A stretch of DNA of 64,000 nucleotides from Candidatus Aminicenantes bacterium (lineage in GTDB: Bacteria > Acidobacteriota > Aminicenantia > Aminicenantales > JAFGBC01): positions 3,936,001 through 4,000,000 of the forward strand of contig OY969696.1 of assembly GCA_963702005.1 (NCBI GenBank), given 5' to 3'. Position 1 is the stretch's first letter; each line of letters opens with the position of its first letter. This document shows positions 51,582-61,085 of this stretch, one piece after another. Made by a program: the position numbers and the translations under genes. The notes under the pieces were generated by a model. The model searched no databases. It saw only the letters and a list, made by a program, of their open reading frames with translations, and was not told the origin of the DNA.

Positions 51582-52895
51582 TTATTGATTCTTAGCCGCT
51601 TGCGCCGCCCTTAAAATCATCCGCCGCAACATCTCTTCGGGCTTCTGGGCCGCCGTGGCCGAGCCGGGAAGGGAGAACAGGTTGTAGGTGCCGGCGGGCA
51701 GCGTAAAACGGTAGACGCCCTTGGTATTCGTCGCGCCGACCATGAAATTCAAACCCAAGAGGTCGATATTCAGCGGGGCGGTCGGGTTGAAGGCGGTGAT
51801 GATAGCGGACATGGCTTTGCTCTTGGCGTCGGTGATTTTTCCCGTGACGACGAATCCGTTCTTGGCGACCAGGGCCAGCGTCTTGGCGGCCGCGGGCATC
51901 GTCAGGTCGAAGCTGGTCACGGTCGCTTTCCCGGTATAGGTGTTCATCACGAATCCGATCGGCACGAACACGAGCATATAGCTTCCCGCCGGGATGAAAG
52001 TGGTCTTCGAGTTCAGCCCGGTCAGTACCCCGAAGCTTCCCTTAAGGACGACCGTCTCCTGGATGTCCCAGCCCTTGAACGTCCCGCTCTTGGGAATGAT
52101 GAACAGAATGCCGTCCAGCCCCTTGCCGGCGGCGTCCTTGACCGTGCCCGACAGGCTGTAGCCGCCCTTGAGCATGACCAGGTTCTTGACGGTGTCCTTG
52201 CTGATATTGACCGAGTCCGTCTTAGGCAGCATCGGGACGTATTGTCCCATCATCGTGGAGCCCATGGCCCTCGACAGCAGCCGGTAGGATCCGGCCGGCA
52301 GGGCCGCCGCGTACTTGTTCAGGAGGAGCTGGCTCGTCCCGCCGACCTGGGCGATACCGACGGGCGTCAGGCTGGTCGGGGGGAAGATCTCGATGTAGGG
52401 CATGAAGATCATCAGCGTTCCGCTTCCCGCCGGAGGATCGACCTTCCCGCTCAGGATGAAGCCGTTTTGGAGGGTGATATCGCCGACGGCCGTGTCCTTG
52501 GTTATGCTGACCCCCAGCTGGATTTTCGACAGCAAGCGCGAGAACTTGGACGGATCCACCGACGCGCTGGCCGGGGGCGTGACGCCCAGATACTTGTTTC
52601 CGGCCTGTACCGGGACCGAAAACTTCCCGGAGGCGTCGGCCACGCCGCTGAACCCGGAATACTGGTCGGTCGCGTCGCCGATGTAAACGCTCGCGCCCTT
52701 GACGACGGCCCCGGTCGGGCCTTTGATGGTCCCGGTCACGAAGTAGCCGTCCGGAAGCGTGATGTTGAGAGTCGTGTCAGCGCTGATTTTCTGACCCGTC
52801 TTGTGGTACTCGGTCGTCCGCGACTGGGCCGCGAAGACCGGGATGACGGCGAGGAACGCCAGGACGACGAAAAGCGCCACGATCTTTTTATTCAT
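51582..52895 (-). CDS. Secreted protein with carboxypeptidase-regulatory-like (transthyretin-fold) repeats
   Basis: Signal peptide; repeated G..(L/V)(S/T)G.(V/I)...G.Y units. Confidence 0.7.
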   Translation of the reverse strand: MNKKIVALFVVLAFLAVIPVFAAQSRTTEYHKTGQKISADTTLNITLPDGYFVTGTIKGPTGAVVKGASVYIGDATDQYSGFSGVADASGKFSVPVQAGNKYLGVTPPASASVDPSKFSRLLSKIQLGVSITKDTAVGDITLQNGFILSGKVDPPAGSGTLMIFMPYIEIFPPTSLTPVGIAQVGGTSQLLLNKYAAALPAGSYRLLSRAMGSTMMGQYVPMLPKTDSVNISKDTVKNLVMLKGGYSLSGTVKDAAGKGLDGILFIIPKSGTFKGWDIQETVVLKGSFGVLTGLNSKTTFIPAGSYMLVFVPIGFVMNTYTGKATVTSFDLTMPAAAKTLALVAKNGFVVTGKITDAKSKAMSAIITAFNPTAPLNIDLLGLNFMVGATNTKGVYRFTLPAGTYNLFSLPGSATAAQKPEEMLRRMILRAAQAAKNQ

Positions 52896-53010
52896 TCCTT
52901 CCTCCTTGGCGGATTATCCGTCGGCGGCCATCCGCGGTCTGCCGGAAAAAAGGCCGTCTGACAGCGATCTCTATAATAGCCGAAAACCGTGATAAATCCA
53001 AATGGGATAA

Positions 53011-53162
53011 TCAACCCCTCGACTCCCCGGCATGAATGCCGGGGCTTGTTCGGGGTTAACCCTGAGCCCACTCAGCCCCATTCCTTCTAAAAGGGCTGAG
53101 TACAAAAGTGTCGCTTCTTATCCCCGCCTTTCAGGGCGGGGCAGCGTCGGCGAACGGGTCAA
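53011..53162. mobile_element. Non-autonomous IS200/IS605-like miniature element, copy 2 (152 bp)
   Basis: Subterminal hairpins CCCCGGCATGAATGCCGGGG and CCCCGCC-TTTCAG-GGCGGGG; TCAA at both ends. Confidence 0.75.
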
Positions 53163-53204
53163 GAGCGGATTGCCCCGGACGTCGGAAGGCCCTCGCCGTC
53201 GTTA

Positions 53205-54113
53205 TTAAAAGGCATAGCGCAGGCCGACCCCGAACTGGATCCGGCCCAGGCTGAGGTCGTTCCATTCGCCGGATGTCCTCTGTCCCGAAGCCTTGTCGAT
53301 CGACGTCCAGGACCCCTTGGCCCCGGCAATCATGAACCGGATTCCGCCCTCGAGAGCCAGGCGGTCGCCGAGCTCGTAATCCAGCCCGGCGCCGACGTAG
53401 AAGCCCAGTGCATTTTCGACCTTCTCCTCGCGCGTAATCCCCCGCCCGGCCCAGTCCTCCAGCGCGGCTGGATCGAGCTTGAACGAGGCGAGGTTATAGC
53501 CGAGCCCGGCCTCAGCAAACGGCGTGAGCGCTCCCTCCAAGGGGAAACGGAGGATAAAGCCCAGCTCCAGGGGAACGACGCTCAGCGTTCCCTCGCTCAG
53601 ACGCTCGGGATCCCCGCTGACGCCGGACTTCAGAGACGTCGCGCGAACGACGAGGCCGATCCGATCCGAGAGCGCGAGGGACAAGTCCGCGGAGAGGGCC
53701 AAGCCGGCGCCGAAGTTCTTCCCGGTCATGGAAGCGAGCCCGGCGCCGATTCCGGCCTCCAGCGCGATCCTTCGCCCCGCGCCTTGCGCCGTGGCCATCG
53801 CTGCTACGCCCGTTCCTTCGGCGACCTCTTCGACAACGCTCTTGTGGACATAGCCGGGCAGGGAATAGCCCTCGAGCTTCAAGGGGAGCCGGACAAGGTA
53901 CCAATCTCCCTCCTTGGCGTCAACCTGGAGAACGGCTCCTCGCTTGACCTGGCCGACGACTTCGCTCTTGAGGTCGGCCGAGGCCCGGACGTTGGCCCGG
54001 CGCGCCGTCACCCGGACCTTAAGCTCCTGGGCCTCGAGAATCGCCGCTCCGGACACAACAAGAATAACCGCCCCGAAAAAGACTTTCTTTGCGAGCGTCC
54101 TATTCCTTAACAT
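53205..54113 (-). CDS. Bacterial SH3 domain + OmpW-like beta-barrel
   Basis: ANVRA...GDWYLV...GYVH; C-terminal GVGLRYAF. Confidence 0.82.
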   Translation of the reverse strand: MLRNRTLAKKVFFGAVILVVSGAAILEAQELKVRVTARRANVRASADLKSEVVGQVKRGAVLQVDAKEGDWYLVRLPLKLEGYSLPGYVHKSVVEEVAEGTGVAAMATAQGAGRRIALEAGIGAGLASMTGKNFGAGLALSADLSLALSDRIGLVVRATSLKSGVSGDPERLSEGTLSVVPLELGFILRFPLEGALTPFAEAGLGYNLASFKLDPAALEDWAGRGITREEKVENALGFYVGAGLDYELGDRLALEGGIRFMIAGAKGSWTSIDKASGQRTSGEWNDLSLGRIQFGVGLRYAF

Positions 54114-54179
54114 GGATCGAACCTTTCTTTTGAAATAGGGCCAATTATTATACCACCGCTGGACACGGAAGACGCACGC

Positions 54180-55253
54180 CTAAATAGACCGGCTTCGGCC
54201 GAGAAGGAGTCCGGCCAGGACGATAAGGGTTAAATAAGCGACGGCAAGGATGAAGAAGGCCCTGCTCGCGGAGAGCTCCATGCCGCCGACGGCATCCGGG
54301 CCCGGCTTCGGTAGGGGGATAGGGTCCCAGGGAAGGCCGTAGCGCCGGCAGAGCCCGCGGATGTTGAGAAGGTGGATGACGGGAACGCCCAGCGCCGACA
54401 TGGCCTGGATGACGCCGTTTCGGCCGGGCCGGTAAGGAAGCTTCGTCCGCGTCAAGCCCGGCTTCAGTTCCAGCACCGAGGCGTCCGTTCCCATATCGGC
54501 CCAGCTCCCCCCGATATTGACGAAGGCTTTTATCGCCAATCCCTCCGCTGCCCGCCGGTAGGCCGCGATCCGCGCTTCGACGTTTCGGGCGAGGTCGGGC
54601 TCCGCGATTCGGGGAATCCCGGTCCCTTCCATCTTCGCGAGGAGCAGCGCGCGGCCCTCTTCCGGAAGATCCTGCCCGTCGTCCCCTTCCCCGCCCAGCG
54701 AAACGGCGATCGGCGGATGGCTAAGAAGTCCCGCCGTTCTCAGACAGCCTTCCATCTCCAGCCAGCCGAATTCGGGCCGGTTGGCGCCCCACTGGGACGC
54801 GCCGAGCGATGCGATGACGAGCGGCCGCGCGCCCATGGCTTCGGCCGCGGACATGGTCGCGACGATGAGCCCGGGAAACGAGCTCGACGCGCCGACCGCG
54901 ATCGGGTCGCCTTTGCGAACGCCGGCTTCTTCGAGGAGGCGGACGAGGAGAGCCGCCCAAGCGGGATTCGCCGTCGTCCGCTTGGCCTCGAGGCTCCCCA
55001 GCGTCGTCGTGACGAGCGAATGCTCGATGCCGACAATCCCAGTCCGGTTGGGATCGGAGGCCTCATCGATGGAAAGGCCCCGGTCTTTTTCGCAGGCCCG
55101 CAGGGAGGAAAGGGACTTCTCCATGATCGCCGCGGCCCGGACCATGGTTGCCCGGGCTTCGCCTCCGGAAGCCGGCAGGCAAAATCTCTCGACGCCCCAA
55201 GCGAGGAGACTCAGCAGCGCCGCCGAATAGAGGAAGAGCTTACTATTTTTCAT
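54180..55253 (-). CDS. pgsW: Poly-gamma-glutamate system protein PgsW
   Basis: DPNRTGIVG, TTTLGSLEAKRTT.NP, SSFPGL, SLGASQWGAN, PVIHLLNI; follows pgsBC. Confidence 0.88.
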   Translation of the reverse strand: MKNSKLFLYSAALLSLLAWGVERFCLPASGGEARATMVRAAAIMEKSLSSLRACEKDRGLSIDEASDPNRTGIVGIEHSLVTTTLGSLEAKRTTANPAWAALLVRLLEEAGVRKGDPIAVGASSSFPGLIVATMSAAEAMGARPLVIASLGASQWGANRPEFGWLEMEGCLRTAGLLSHPPIAVSLGGEGDDGQDLPEEGRALLLAKMEGTGIPRIAEPDLARNVEARIAAYRRAAEGLAIKAFVNIGGSWADMGTDASVLELKPGLTRTKLPYRPGRNGVIQAMSALGVPVIHLLNIRGLCRRYGLPWDPIPLPKPGPDAVGGMELSASRAFFILAVAYLTLIVLAGLLLGRSRSI

Positions 55254-55263
55254 CCTCTCTGTC

Positions 55264-55704
55264 TCAATGGATGAGGACCGTCCCCAATCGAACGATAAAA
55301 TAGGTCGCGATCGTGCATGTCGTCAGCCCGGCCAGGGTCGGAAGCGGTTTCTGGCGTCCGAGCTGGTTGGCGATGAGGCCGGGGATGACCCAGCCGACGA
55401 CGCGGAGCTCCGCCGGTCCGATCCCGAGCCGGGGCAGAAGGAGCGTCCCCGCCGCCGCCCAAGCCGCGCCGAGGAGAAGCATGACCGTGAAGCGGCGCCG
55501 TCCGAACAGAAGCAGATAGCGGCTGAGGAGCCGGTAGAGGCCGAGCGCCAGAAAGGCCGCGGCGAGCGTCAAGACCGCCCGTTCGGGACGGTTGAGGCTT
55601 AGCGCCAGATAGCCGGGAACGATGATCCCCCCCGGCCAAACGCCGCTGAACTCGATGAAAGCCAAGGCCACGACGATACCGACCAGAATCGTTTCAAGTG
55701 CCAT
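55264..55704 (-). CDS. pgsC: Poly-gamma-glutamate biosynthesis protein PgsC/CapC
   Basis: PGGIIVPGYLAL, LFGRRRF, GWVIPGLIAN. Confidence 0.93.
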   Translation of the reverse strand: MALETILVGIVVALAFIEFSGVWPGGIIVPGYLALSLNRPERAVLTLAAAFLALGLYRLLSRYLLLFGRRRFTVMLLLGAAWAAAGTLLLPRLGIGPAELRVVGWVIPGLIANQLGRQKPLPTLAGLTTCTIATYFIVRLGTVLIH

Positions 55705-56902
55705 GAGGATCTCCGATCGTTTCCCAATATCCGACCAGGGCGCTCCCTAGCCCGCCCATGTTCCCCATCCCGATGACGGCGGCGTTCCCGCGCGCCGCCC
55801 CGGCCGCCAGCCAGACCATGATCCGGGCCGGGTCGCTGTCGGTGGAGGCCCGCAGGTGCGGCCCTCGGCCCGAGGACAGCCCTTTTTTCAGCCTCCGCCA
55901 TGCCGCCCGGGCCGGCGGCCCGACCAGGACGATCTCGTGAAAGTCGGAAAGAAATCCGTCCCGAATGGAGGCCAGCCATTGGAGCGTTCTATCTCCCCTG
56001 TCTTCGCGCAGGCTGAGCACCCCGATCCGCGTTCGTCCCTCAAGGAGCTCGGTCGCGGCGAGCGCGTCCAGGACCCGGCGGGTGGAGTCGGGATCGTTGG
56101 CCGCGAAAGCGCTAACCAGAAGCCAGGCGCCCCCGGCGCCCGGGATTCCGGCGTCCCACAGCCTCAGGCTCCCGAAATCGGGTTGAGCCTTATCCATGCC
56201 GCGGACGGCCGTCCCGGCTGGAATTCCCAAGCGCTCCGCGACGGCCGCGGCCAGCCGGCGGTTCGCTTCGAACTCGAACGCCCCCGACGCCCCGGCCGGC
56301 CGGACCCCGTCCGCTGACGGCGGGACGGTCACGAGCTCGGCGCCGACCCTTGCGGCCTCCTCGCGGAACACGGACAGCTCCTCCTCCTCGGGAATCATGA
56401 CGGTCATTCCGGACACGAAAGAAGCCGCCAAGCTGCGGGCGATCTCGGCCTTGGTCCTTCCCTGGTCTTCGATGTGGTCGAGCCTGACGTTGCCGACGAC
56501 GAGAAGCTGAGGCCGAAGAATTCCGCGCGACTCGACGGCCAGGAGGTCCGGCCTGACGGCCATGAGCTCGGCGACCAAAGCCTCCGCATTTAGTTTCGCC
56601 CCGAGCCGGACGAGGCGTTTTTGCTCGAGGATCGAGGCCGGCCCCGGACGCTCGATCTCCCGCTCGACGCCGTCGGGAAGGATAAGGATGGGTTTGGAGC
56701 CCGTCGTCTTGGCCAGGGTTTTCGTCCCCGCTTCGCGAAGGGCGGCGGCGACGAGCCGGACCACACTCGACTTGCCCCGGGTTCCGGTGACGGCGATCCG
56801 GACCCGGATGCGGTCCCGGGCCCGATCGAGGCGGAGGCGCTCGATGAAAAGTAAGACGAGGCATCCCGCCAAAAGAAATCCGGCCGCGATTAATTCCCGC
56901 GT
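55694..56902 (-). CDS. pgsB: Poly-gamma-glutamate synthase PgsB/CapB (start uncertain)
   Basis: VTGTRGKSSV.RL, AKTTGS, NVRLDH, FAANDPDST, GMGNMGG. The frame extends to an ACG at 56902 behind GGAGG; the first standard start is TTG 56872. Confidence 0.9.
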   Translation of the reverse strand, partial: TRELIAAGFLLAGCLVLLFIERLRLDRARDRIRVRIAVTGTRGKSSVVRLVAAALREAGTKTLAKTTGSKPILILPDGVEREIERPGPASILEQKRLVRLGAKLNAEALVAELMAVRPDLLAVESRGILRPQLLVVGNVRLDHIEDQGRTKAEIARSLAASFVSGMTVMIPEEEELSVFREEAARVGAELVTVPPSADGVRPAGASGAFEFEANRRLAAAVAERLGIPAGTAVRGMDKAQPDFGSLRLWDAGIPGAGGAWLLVSAFAANDPDSTRRVLDALAATELLEGRTRIGVLSLREDRGDRTLQWLASIRDGFLSDFHEIVLVGPPARAAWRRLKKGLSSGRGPHLRASTDSDPARIMVWLAAGAARGNAAVIGMGNMGGLGSALVGYWETIGDPHGT

Positions 56903-56963
56903 TGCAGCCTCCGATCTTCAGAAGACATTATAGACATCCTTAAGTTATAATGGCAACGAGGTC

Positions 56964-58226
56964 ATGAGGCTCCTCGACCGCCTGAAGACGCACGGGCCGC
57001 GCCGCGAGGCGCTGGCCGTCCTCCGTTACATCGGGCCGGGACTCCTGGTCACGGTCGGTTTCATCGACCCCGGCAATTGGGCTTCGAACATCGCGGCCGG
57101 CTCCCGCTTCGGTCTGTCCCTCCTCTGGGTCGTAACCCTCTCGACGGTCATGCTCCTCATCCTCCAGCACAACGCGGCCCATCTCGGCATCGCGACCGGC
57201 CTCTGCCTCTCGGAGGCGGCGACGCGGCACTTCAGCCCGCTCCCGTCCAAGATCGTCCTGGTGAGCGCCGTCCTGGCCGCGATCTCAACGGCCTTGGCCG
57301 AGATCCTGGGCGCGGCCATCGGGCTCCGGATGCTCGTCCCCGGCCTCCCCCTCGAAGTCGGGGCCTTCCTGTTCGCGGCCGCCTCCCTGATCATGCTCGT
57401 CACCAATTCCTACACCCATCTCGAGAAATGGATTATCGCCTTCGTTTCGCTCATCGGGATCGCGTTTCTGTTCGAGCTCCACCTCATCCGCGTTCCTTGG
57501 GGGGAGGTGGCCGCAGGCTGCGTCCGGCCCTCGCTTCCGGCCGGATCCCTTTTCGTTGTCATGAGCGTCCTGGGGGCCGTCGTCATGCCCCATAACCTCT
57601 TCCTTCACTCGGAGGTCATCCAGAGCCGCCGCTGGAACCTCGGCGACGAAAAGGTCATCCGCCGCCAGCTCAAGTTCGAGTTCACGGACACTCTGCTGTC
57701 CATGTCGGTCGGCTGGGCCATCAACAGCGCCCTGATCATCATCGCGGCCGCGACCTTCCTGGGACGGGGCCCGGTCCTGGAGCTGGAACAAGCCCAGCGG
57801 ATGCTCGCCCCGCTTCTGGGCCGGACGGCCGCCGTCGTCTTCGGGCTGGCCTTGATCCTGTCGGGCTTTTCGTCGTCGATCACGGCCGGGATGGCCGGAG
57901 GCACGATCTTCGCCGGGATGTTCGGCGAAACCTACGACATCAAGGACCTCCATTCGAGGGTCGGGGCCGTCGTGACCCTGGCGGCCGCCGCGCTCGCCGT
58001 TTTTATCATCGGAGACCCCTTCAAGGGGCTGCTCCTGTCCCAGATGCTCCTCAGCGTACAGCTCCCGATCACGATCGTCACACAGATCCGGCTGACCTCC
58101 TCGGCCAAGGTCATGGGGTCCTACGCGAATGCGCCTCTCCTCAAGGTCACGCTTTGGATCGTCGCGGCGGTCGTGATCGCGCTCAACCTGCTGTTATTGG
58201 CGACCGTCCTCGGGCTTCGGCGCTGA
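56964..58226 (+). CDS. mntH: Nramp divalent metal transporter
   Basis: GFIDPGNW, VMPHNLFLHS, SQMLLSVQLP. Confidence 0.93.
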   Translation: MRLLDRLKTHGPRREALAVLRYIGPGLLVTVGFIDPGNWASNIAAGSRFGLSLLWVVTLSTVMLLILQHNAAHLGIATGLCLSEAATRHFSPLPSKIVLVSAVLAAISTALAEILGAAIGLRMLVPGLPLEVGAFLFAAASLIMLVTNSYTHLEKWIIAFVSLIGIAFLFELHLIRVPWGEVAAGCVRPSLPAGSLFVVMSVLGAVVMPHNLFLHSEVIQSRRWNLGDEKVIRRQLKFEFTDTLLSMSVGWAINSALIIIAAATFLGRGPVLELEQAQRMLAPLLGRTAAVVFGLALILSGFSSSITAGMAGGTIFAGMFGETYDIKDLHSRVGAVVTLAAAALAVFIIGDPFKGLLLSQMLLSVQLPITIVTQIRLTSSAKVMGSYANAPLLKVTLWIVAAVVIALNLLLLATVLGLRR

Positions 58227-58253
58227 GATCGGGCCCGGATTTCCCGGGATCCT

Positions 58254-59615
58254 TCATTTGACGAGAAGGACAAGTCCCGAGCGCGCCCCCAATTGGACGG
58301 AGCTGACCGTCTTGCCGTCGTTTGTGGCGGGATCCATATTTCCCTTGATCTTTCGGAAAGCCGTCCCCAGAGATACGGTTCGGGACTTATCGGTGGGGTT
58401 GACCAGAACGGTCCCGTTCTGAAAATCGCGGCGCCAGACCCGGGTTAGAGAGGACCTGTCATCCTTCAAGAGCAGGCTCGAGAGGAGGACGGTTTTGTCC
58501 GCGATGTCGTAGGCGGCGCCCTGGGGCGAGCCCAGCCATCCTTTACAAGCCAAGGATCGAACCGCTTTGCCCGTCGTTTTATCGACGGCATACTCGTCGT
58601 ACCACCGGGCCGCTTGATAGGTTCCGGTATTCGTATAGGCGAAATAGCCGTCCAACATGAGCGTCGAGCACAGGGCGAAGCGCATGAACCGGAAATTCCG
58701 CGTTCCGCCGTTGGCCATGATCATCGATATCTTGGGAGAGAGCGAGCCGCGCTGCATGAGCAGATGGCCGCGCAGGACCCGGTGCCAGTCATTGCCGAAG
58801 GACTCGCCGCCCAGAAAATTCTCGACCATGCGGCCGTGAAGGAGGCCTTGGTAGGTGTCGTCGAAAATCCAGCCTCCATTCCCCGCGATGAGCGTCCCCT
58901 GGGGATAATTCTGACTGCTCTTGGCCAGCATGGTTTTCGTGCCCCGGACCCAGGCCGCGTCGAGCTTGGCGTCGGAGTCGGCGACGCCGTCGTTGTCGAT
59001 ATCAAGAGGCTTGTTGGGGTTGGGGGATCGATCGTTAAGCCAGGAGATATGCTCCGTGATCCAGTCATAAAAGATGCCGTCCCCCAAGCCTTTCGAGACG
59101 ACGGCGGACTTGAGATAAGCGGGAAGATATCCGTTGACCCGGGTCGTCAGATTGAGCATCTTGGTCCAGGCGCCGCCGGGAAGCAGGAACAGCAGGTAGC
59201 GCGCCCCGGCCGTATCTTTCATGTAATCGCCGTCCTTGAGGCCGGCCAGAAACCCGGAATTGACGGGCGCCGGATTCCCGGGGATGACATCGGCCGGGGA
59301 GAAATAGAAGAGGATAACGGCCGCCGTATTGTGGGAGCGGATGCGGCCGGCGGGTCCGAGGAATTCAGGACGGCTGACGACGGTCTCGGCATCGAGGACG
59401 AGGACGTCCCAATCGGCAGCCCTGTCAAGGAGCGACGCGGTCGGATCGTATTTCTGGATTTGGATGAAGAGCTTGGGATAAAGATGGCGGGGAAACACCC
59501 TGACCTTGGAATCGACGGCGGTGGAGGCAGCCCCGTCGCGGACGGCCGTCGACAAAGGGAGGATCAAGGCAAGGAGCGTCGCCGCGGCGAGCGAAGCTCT
59601 CGGAAAAATCTTCAT
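58254..59615 (-). CDS. Secreted putative glycoside hydrolase (TIM-barrel, GHL15-like)
   Basis: DGIFYD, MRFALCSTLM, WYDEY, GWLG.P, VWRRDFQNGTVLVNPT. Confidence 0.7.
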   Translation of the reverse strand: MKIFPRASLAAATLLALILPLSTAVRDGAASTAVDSKVRVFPRHLYPKLFIQIQKYDPTASLLDRAADWDVLVLDAETVVSRPEFLGPAGRIRSHNTAAVILFYFSPADVIPGNPAPVNSGFLAGLKDGDYMKDTAGARYLLFLLPGGAWTKMLNLTTRVNGYLPAYLKSAVVSKGLGDGIFYDWITEHISWLNDRSPNPNKPLDIDNDGVADSDAKLDAAWVRGTKTMLAKSSQNYPQGTLIAGNGGWIFDDTYQGLLHGRMVENFLGGESFGNDWHRVLRGHLLMQRGSLSPKISMIMANGGTRNFRFMRFALCSTLMLDGYFAYTNTGTYQAARWYDEYAVDKTTGKAVRSLACKGWLGSPQGAAYDIADKTVLLSSLLLKDDRSSLTRVWRRDFQNGTVLVNPTDKSRTVSLGTAFRKIKGNMDPATNDGKTVSSVQLGARSGLVLLVK

Positions 59616-59619
59616 CGGC

Positions 59620-60969
59620 TTATTTCCGGCCGGCCAGCAGACGCTCGACCTCGTCGATCTCCTTGGGGACGTCGGCGGTCAGGACCTCGCAGCCGTTCCG
59701 GGTGATGAGGACGGTGTCCTCGATCCGAATCCCGATCGCCTTTTCCGGATAGTAAAGCGCGGGCTCGATGGCCATGACCATGCCCTCCTTGAGGACGATG
59801 TCGCCGCGCGACCCGACGTCGTGGACCGAGAGCCCGACGAAATGGCCCAGGCCGCCCTTGAGCCCGCGCGGGTCCAGGCCCTTTTTCTTCATCTGGAGGG
59901 CGACGGCCTCCTGGACATCCTTGGACGTCGCGCCGGGTCGGAAGGCGGCGATGCAGGCTTTCTGGACTTCGAGGACGGCCTCGTAGACGGCGCGCTGTTC
60001 GGCGCTGAACGTCCCGGATGAGGGCCAAGTCCGGGTAATGTCCATCGTCATCATGTCGAGGTCGGCGCCGAAGTCCATCAGGACGAGATCGCCTTTTTCG
60101 ATGCGCCTCTCGTTCTTTTCGTAATGCCAGATGCAGGTGTTGGGGCCGGAGCCGACGATCGGGGCGTAGGCCGGACCTCGCGCGCCGCCGCGGAGAACGG
60201 CCCCGACGGCCGCCGCTGCGACCTCGTACTCGAATCCGCCCGGCCGCGAGGCGAGCATGGCATCGCGAACGGCTTGGGCCGAGATCCGGCCGTTCCGGCG
60301 CAGGACGGCGATCTCCTCTTCCGTCTTGATGACCCTGAGGGCGTCGATGAAGGGCACGATATCGCGGAGCTCGCACTGAGGGTATCGCTCCCGGAGCTTG
60401 ACGACCCGGTGGTTGTCGAGAGAAATCTGGTCGTTGTAGTGGGTCCGGGCCCGCCGGGCCGACATGAGGCCGACCTCGGAGCGGGCTTCATCGATCATGT
60501 CCCGGGGCGAGAGACGGACGTAAAGAACCTTCGCCGTCCGCTCCAGGTTCCGGGCCAGGTATTCGTCGAAATAGGAGAGGGGAAGGATATCGGTCAGCGC
60601 CAGCTTGTCCTTGGCGGCGGGGTCCTTGAGAAGGTTGGGGCCGCTGACCATGTCCTCGCGCGGCGACTGCTGGGGGAGAAACAAGAAGGCCTCGCCCGTC
60701 CCGGCCGCTATGACCAGGATGGCGTTTGCGTCTTCACAGCCCGTGAAATAGAAGAAATCGTTGTCCTGGCGAAAGGCGGCCGGCGGCGCAGCGTCGGTTT
60801 CGCCGAACAGGACGATGGTCCCTTCCTTAACGTCCCGGACAAGGGCCTGGCGCCGCCTCACGAACTCGTCCCGGCTGTACCCTGTCCGTTGAGCCAGAAG
60901 CCCCGGGCCGAGGACGGCCAAAGCGGTCAAGAACAGGAGCAGATGACGGCGGACGGTTCTTATGTTCAT
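59620..60969 (-). CDS. Xaa-Pro aminopeptidase (M24B)
   Basis: FRQDNDFFYFTG, DITRT, GHFVGLSVHD, EPALY, IRIED. Confidence 0.92.
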   Translation of the reverse strand: MNIRTVRRHLLLFLTALAVLGPGLLAQRTGYSRDEFVRRRQALVRDVKEGTIVLFGETDAAPPAAFRQDNDFFYFTGCEDANAILVIAAGTGEAFLFLPQQSPREDMVSGPNLLKDPAAKDKLALTDILPLSYFDEYLARNLERTAKVLYVRLSPRDMIDEARSEVGLMSARRARTHYNDQISLDNHRVVKLRERYPQCELRDIVPFIDALRVIKTEEEIAVLRRNGRISAQAVRDAMLASRPGGFEYEVAAAAVGAVLRGGARGPAYAPIVGSGPNTCIWHYEKNERRIEKGDLVLMDFGADLDMMTMDITRTWPSSGTFSAEQRAVYEAVLEVQKACIAAFRPGATSKDVQEAVALQMKKKGLDPRGLKGGLGHFVGLSVHDVGSRGDIVLKEGMVMAIEPALYYPEKAIGIRIEDTVLITRNGCEVLTADVPKEIDEVERLLAGRK

Positions 60970-61085
60970 GGGCACCTCGATTCAAAAAAAATGTACACCA
61001 TCGCCCGTCCCGAGGCAAGTTGACTATCCGCTCGAGACTTGCTATTCTCTACGCCAGTAAGGGAAATAGCAAAGGCGGGACTGCC

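Noticed and set aside
54180-56902. pgsBCW as a novel system
   Set aside because: It is an established poly-gamma-glutamate gene set; only the start codon is unusual.
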